From Ostrea edulis (Eukaryota): 64,000 nucleotides of DNA. Below, one piece after another: positions 59,964-64,000 of this stretch; the stretch's first letter is position 1; the number at the start of each line of letters is the position of its first letter. The stretch is taken from positions 31,930,001 through 31,994,000 of the forward strand of contig NC_079172.1 in the NCBI RefSeq assembly GCF_947568905.1, read 5' to 3'. A program made the translations under genes and the position numbers. Under the pieces are notes generated by a model. That model saw only the letters and a list, made by a program, of their open reading frames with translations. It was not told where the DNA came from and ran no database searches.

Positions 59964-60755
59964 AGGGGCGGATCCAGGAATTGCGGTTACGGGGCGCGCC
60001 ACTTTATGAGAGTGGGAGTCCAGGGCGAAGTCCTTGTGGGGCCTCAAGGGGGGGGGGAGCTCCTGGATTTTACAGATTCCATATGGCTAGCCTTGAAATA
60101 TGTCTCCTATTTAAGTCATTTGTGCTATTTTCTCAATATCTACCCAGAGTTATCGTTCCTTACACTCACTTGCACCTCTGTCAACGTCTCAAGGGTTTTA
60201 CAAGATTTTTGTAAAATGGCACGTCTGCTCATATAAGGTATGGTTTTGACTTCAGTTACAAAAATATACGTAAATAAATAAATATTGAGCAGATGTCAAG
60301 TCTTTTTGTGACAACGTGGATATTGGGTAGTTCTATTGCACCAGGCATATACATAGGTACATGAAGAATATATAGTACTGGAAAAAATCTACAAATAGTT
60401 GCTTGTCCTATATTTTCCCGATATTTTATAAAATAGTTTCTAGTTTTATTAGCCGTAAAAAAAGTGGATTTACATGTGGAATAACATTGCTTATTTTGAG
60501 ACGTTATCAGAGCAAGGAACGACAACTCTGGGTATAGATTGCTATTTTCTATCATTTTTAATATGGTGGTAGTAAAATGGTTTTTTTAGTAAAACAAAAA
60601 TTAAGTTCTCCCAATAAAGTAATTCAAGAAATCAAAAGATTTTGTCATTTATTTCACCAGGAGTGGAAGAAATTATTGCTTCCTTAATCGTTTAGTACAT
60701 TTTTCTAAACAAGATTTACCTTAAATCTTTAAATTATAGGGGGCGCGCCCCACTG
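59964..60755. mobile_element. CAGGGGCGGATC-type MITE with nested insertion
   Basis: Homologous to 11327-11729, with an extra 408-bp element at 60134-60541. Confidence 0.7.
60134..60541. mobile_element. Non-autonomous TIR element with perfect 9-bp TSD
   Basis: CAATATCTACCCAGAGTTATCGTTCCTT / AAGGAACGACAACTCTGGGTATAGATTG; TSD CTATTTTCT at 60125-60133 and 60542-60550, present once in the empty copy at ~11470. Confidence 0.88.
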
Positions 60756-60784
60756 ATTCCTTCTCTATATCTGTTTTTTATGAT

Positions 60785-60980
60785 GCACAATGACATAATC
60801 TATTAGGTGCCATTGTTTTGATCTGGGATGCATCCAGGTAGTCTTGTACTTGTCCGCCATTCTGTACATTGTGCTTGAAATGGCGAGGTCATGCTCGGTG
60901 CATTTGTTCAACAGTAGTAGGCCATTACTGTTCATCTTGCCAATGCCTTGTCTACCTAGTACCCCTTTCCAGCGTTCTGA
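60785..60980 (-). pseudogene. Inverted RTE endonuclease fragment
   Basis: Minus strand encodes SERWKGVLGRQGIGKMNSNGLLLLNKCTEHDLAISSTMYRMADKYKTTWMHPRSKQWHLIDYVIV. Confidence 0.85.
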
Positions 60981-63255
60981 GTGGTTACAAAGACAGCTAA
61001 GAACATTCTAGGCCCCAAGAAAAGGAATCACCAGGATTGGTTCGACGAAAATAACAATCGCATTACAGACATTTTGGCTAAGAAGAACCAAGCATTCGTG
61101 GAATGGCAAAATGGCCCGCAGTCCCAAGCAAAGAAAGACAGATTTAAGGCACATCAACCCACTGCACAAAAGGAGATTAAATCAATGCAAGACAAATGGT
61201 GGAATAGGAAAGCCGGAGAAATTCAAGGTTTTGCCGATTGCAACAATTCGAAGCAGTTCTTCAGTTCCATCAAAACAGTCTTTGGTCCTCCTTCAAAAAC
61301 TGGCTCCACGCCTCTGCTAGCTGCAGATGGATTCACACTGTTAAAGGACAAATCTGAAATCAATTCAAGATGGAGGGAACACTTCAGTCAACTGCTTAAT
61401 CGCCCAACTACTGTCGACCAATCTTCCCTTGACCAGATCCCCCAACAAGCCATAGTGGAGGAACTTGACGATCCACTAACGGTTAGTGAAGTAAGGAAGG
61501 CCATAAAACAAATGAACTGTGACAAAGCTCCCGGCAAGGATGGTATTCCTGTAGAAGTCTACAAAGCATTCAGCGAGGAAGCCCTTGGGACATTTCACAA
61601 TATCCTCACTAATATCTGGGAGGAAGAAGAAATGCCAGCAGACATGCGTGATGCTACAATAGTTTCTTTGTACAAAAACAAAGGCTCCAAGTCAGACTGT
61701 GGAAACTACAGAGGCATATCACTCCTCTCAATAGCTGGAAAAATTCTTGCACGGATCATCCTTAACATACTGTTAAGCATCTCAGAAAGCAACCTCCCTG
61801 AATCTCAATGTGGCTTCCGTCCAGAACGTAGCACAGTTGACATGGATTTTGCAGTAAGACAAGTCCAAGAAAAGTGCATCGAGCAGAATATGAACCTCTA
61901 TGCAGTCTTCATAGATCTTACAAAAGCCTTCGACACTGTCAACAGAGAAGCACTATGGATTATTCTCAAGAAACTTGGATGTCCAGCGAAGTTCACATCA
62001 CTCATTCAACTGTTCCATGATAACATGACTGGTGAAGTGCTGTCAGACGGAGAGCCCTCTGAAAAATTCAACATCTCTAACGGTGTAAAGCAAGGCTGTG
62101 TTCTCGCTCATGTACTGATCAACCTCTTCTTCACACAAGTACTCCTGCATGCTGTAAAGGACATTGACACTGGTGTCTACATCAGATACCGTCTCGACGG
62201 CTCGTTGTTTGACCTGAGACGCCTCCATGCAAAGACAGACACTTCAGAGACTTATTGTAGAAACTTTATTTGCTGATGACTGTGCCTTGATGGCCCATGA
62301 AGAGGGACATGTGCAGCTCCTAGTGGATAAGTTCTCCGAAGCCTCCAAGCTGTTTGGCCTTACAATTAGTCTCGGGAAAACAGAAGTCCTCCTTCAGCCT
62401 GCACCGAAATGTGTACCCAAGCAGCCTAACATCCCCATTGATAGAACTGAGCTGAAAAATGTAGGCTCCTTCAAGTACTTAGGTAGCACCATTGTTGATG
62501 ATGGCTCATTGGACAAGGAGATTGCAGTCCGGATCCAAAAGGCTAGCCAAGCACTTGGTAGGCTCCACACCAGAGTACTGCAGCACAGAGACATACGCCT
62601 TTCAACCAAGCTGAAGGTATATAATGCAGTAGTCCTGACCTAATTACTGTATGGGTGCGAAACAGGGACTTTGTATCGCAGGCACATACAGAAACTGGAG
62701 CAGTTCCACACCTGTGCACTCCGATCTATTATGCGCATACGATGGCAAGACCGTATTACAAACCAAGATGTCTTAGATAGAGCCAGTACAACAAGCATCG
62801 GCCAAAGTTCTTCATGCCCAACTGCGCTGGTCTGGCCATACTATCCGCATGGAAGAGACAAGAATCCCTCGACAACTTCTGTATGGGGAACTTGTGCGTG
62901 GAGCTCGCAACCATGGTCGCCCAAGGAAGTGGTACATAGATAATCTCAAAGCCAACCTCAGATGGACGAGGATTGCGCCTAATCAACTAGAGGCAGTGGC
63001 TGCTGACCGCACACTTTGGCGCTCTCTCACAAAATCAGCAGTGCAGAACTTTGAGGACAACCGTCGTCAAGAACACGCCTCCGCTCGTGCTCGTCGTCAT
63101 GCAGCAGCAAATGCATCTGATCCAGCCAACAGCGTTCAGTGTTAACAATGTGACCGTGTATGTGCATCTGAATTCGGACTTCGGAGCCATATGCGTAGAC
63201 ACAGATGAGTGCACAACTCTGTCATTCTCGGAACAGAGAGACTACTATGATGATG
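60981..63255 (+). mobile_element. Decayed 5'-truncated RTE (BovB-like) LINE
   Basis: DWFDENN, NYRGISLL, QCGFR, FIDLTKAFD, GVKQGC, LFADD, YLG and a C-terminal C2H2-like finger; several frameshifts and stops; (TGA)n tail at ~63248-63255. Confidence 0.9.
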
Positions 63256-63578
63256 CCCATGAACAACGTCACTTCCGGTATCCCGTTTAGGCAGATAACT
63301 TGAAGTTTGATAATGAAGTGTAATTATATTTGGATTTTGAAAAACAATTGATCTCTATAAATATTGTGATGTAAATATGTCAAATATAAATGCGTTAACA
63401 CAATAAAAGGTTCAAAACATTTTATTCAATTATTTATGAAAACCGTATTTTGCAGACATTCAAAAATATGCAACACTTTCCACATTTCACTGTCTTCTAT
63501 TTTTTTATTCGTATTGTCACCGATGTCCTCTCTAGGAAGCCCCTAGCCCATTATTTGTATTTACAATGTGTCGTCTTT

Positions 63579-64000
63579 ATGGAGCGCCAAATTAACATAA
63601 ACTCAAATAATTTAAGATATCTTCAATTATTTGAAGATATCATCAACTCAATTATTGCTCTCTTAAATCAATTATTGCTCTCATTAATTGAATTAATGCG
63701 TGCATAAATTGAATTGATGAGAGCAATAATTGATTTAATGCGCGCATTAATTCAATTATTGCTCTCTTCAATTCAATTGATGAGAGCATCAATTTCGTAG
63801 AAATATTGCTCGCAATAATTAATATACAGCTCGGTATAAATAATTTGATGATCTCTTTAATTCAATTGAAGATATCTTTAATTATTTACAATGCTTTTGT
63901 ATAAGGAATTAATGCGCGCATCAATTCTTTTAAAGAGAGCAACAATTCAATTAAAGAGATCAATAATTCAATTGTGGATATGTTGAATTGAAGATATCTT
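63579..64000. mobile_element. TIR element of the same family as 43897-48726 (runs off the window)
   Basis: Starts ATGGAGCGCCAAATTAACATAAACTC; GAGAGCAATAATTG subrepeats. Confidence 0.75.

Overview
AT-rich, repeat-dense eukaryotic DNA; the repeat families and GT-AG gene structure point to a bivalve, probably an oyster (inference). Three host genes were assembled by hand. (1) A 4-exon + strand gene (15703-18606, ~251 aa, signal peptide) with motifs of Unpaired/IL-6-type four-helix cytokines. (2) A 13-exon - strand gene (43229-28988, 404 aa) encoding a miniature major-vault-protein-related protein: 3 vault-like repeats, an SPFH/shoulder domain and a coiled coil. One of its introns has 25 tandem splice donors at one end and 4 tandem acceptors at the other. 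(3) A single-exon - strand ORF (56703-55702, 333 aa) of ~8 basic PRVKPE..G.RM repeats. Mobile DNA includes a full-length RTE LINE with a TSD and a predicted HDV-like ribozyme exactly at its 5' end, a 5'-truncated Ngaro-type tyrosine-recombinase retrotransposon (RT/RNaseH, YR, SGNH hydrolase, B1-A2-B2 repeats), an RTEX/L2-like LINE, a decayed RTE with a 5' inversion, Penelope-like 3' fragments, SINEs, many MITEs (five with 9-bp TSDs, two with TTAA TSDs) and several minisatellites. No database searches were run; family assignments rest on recalled motifs.
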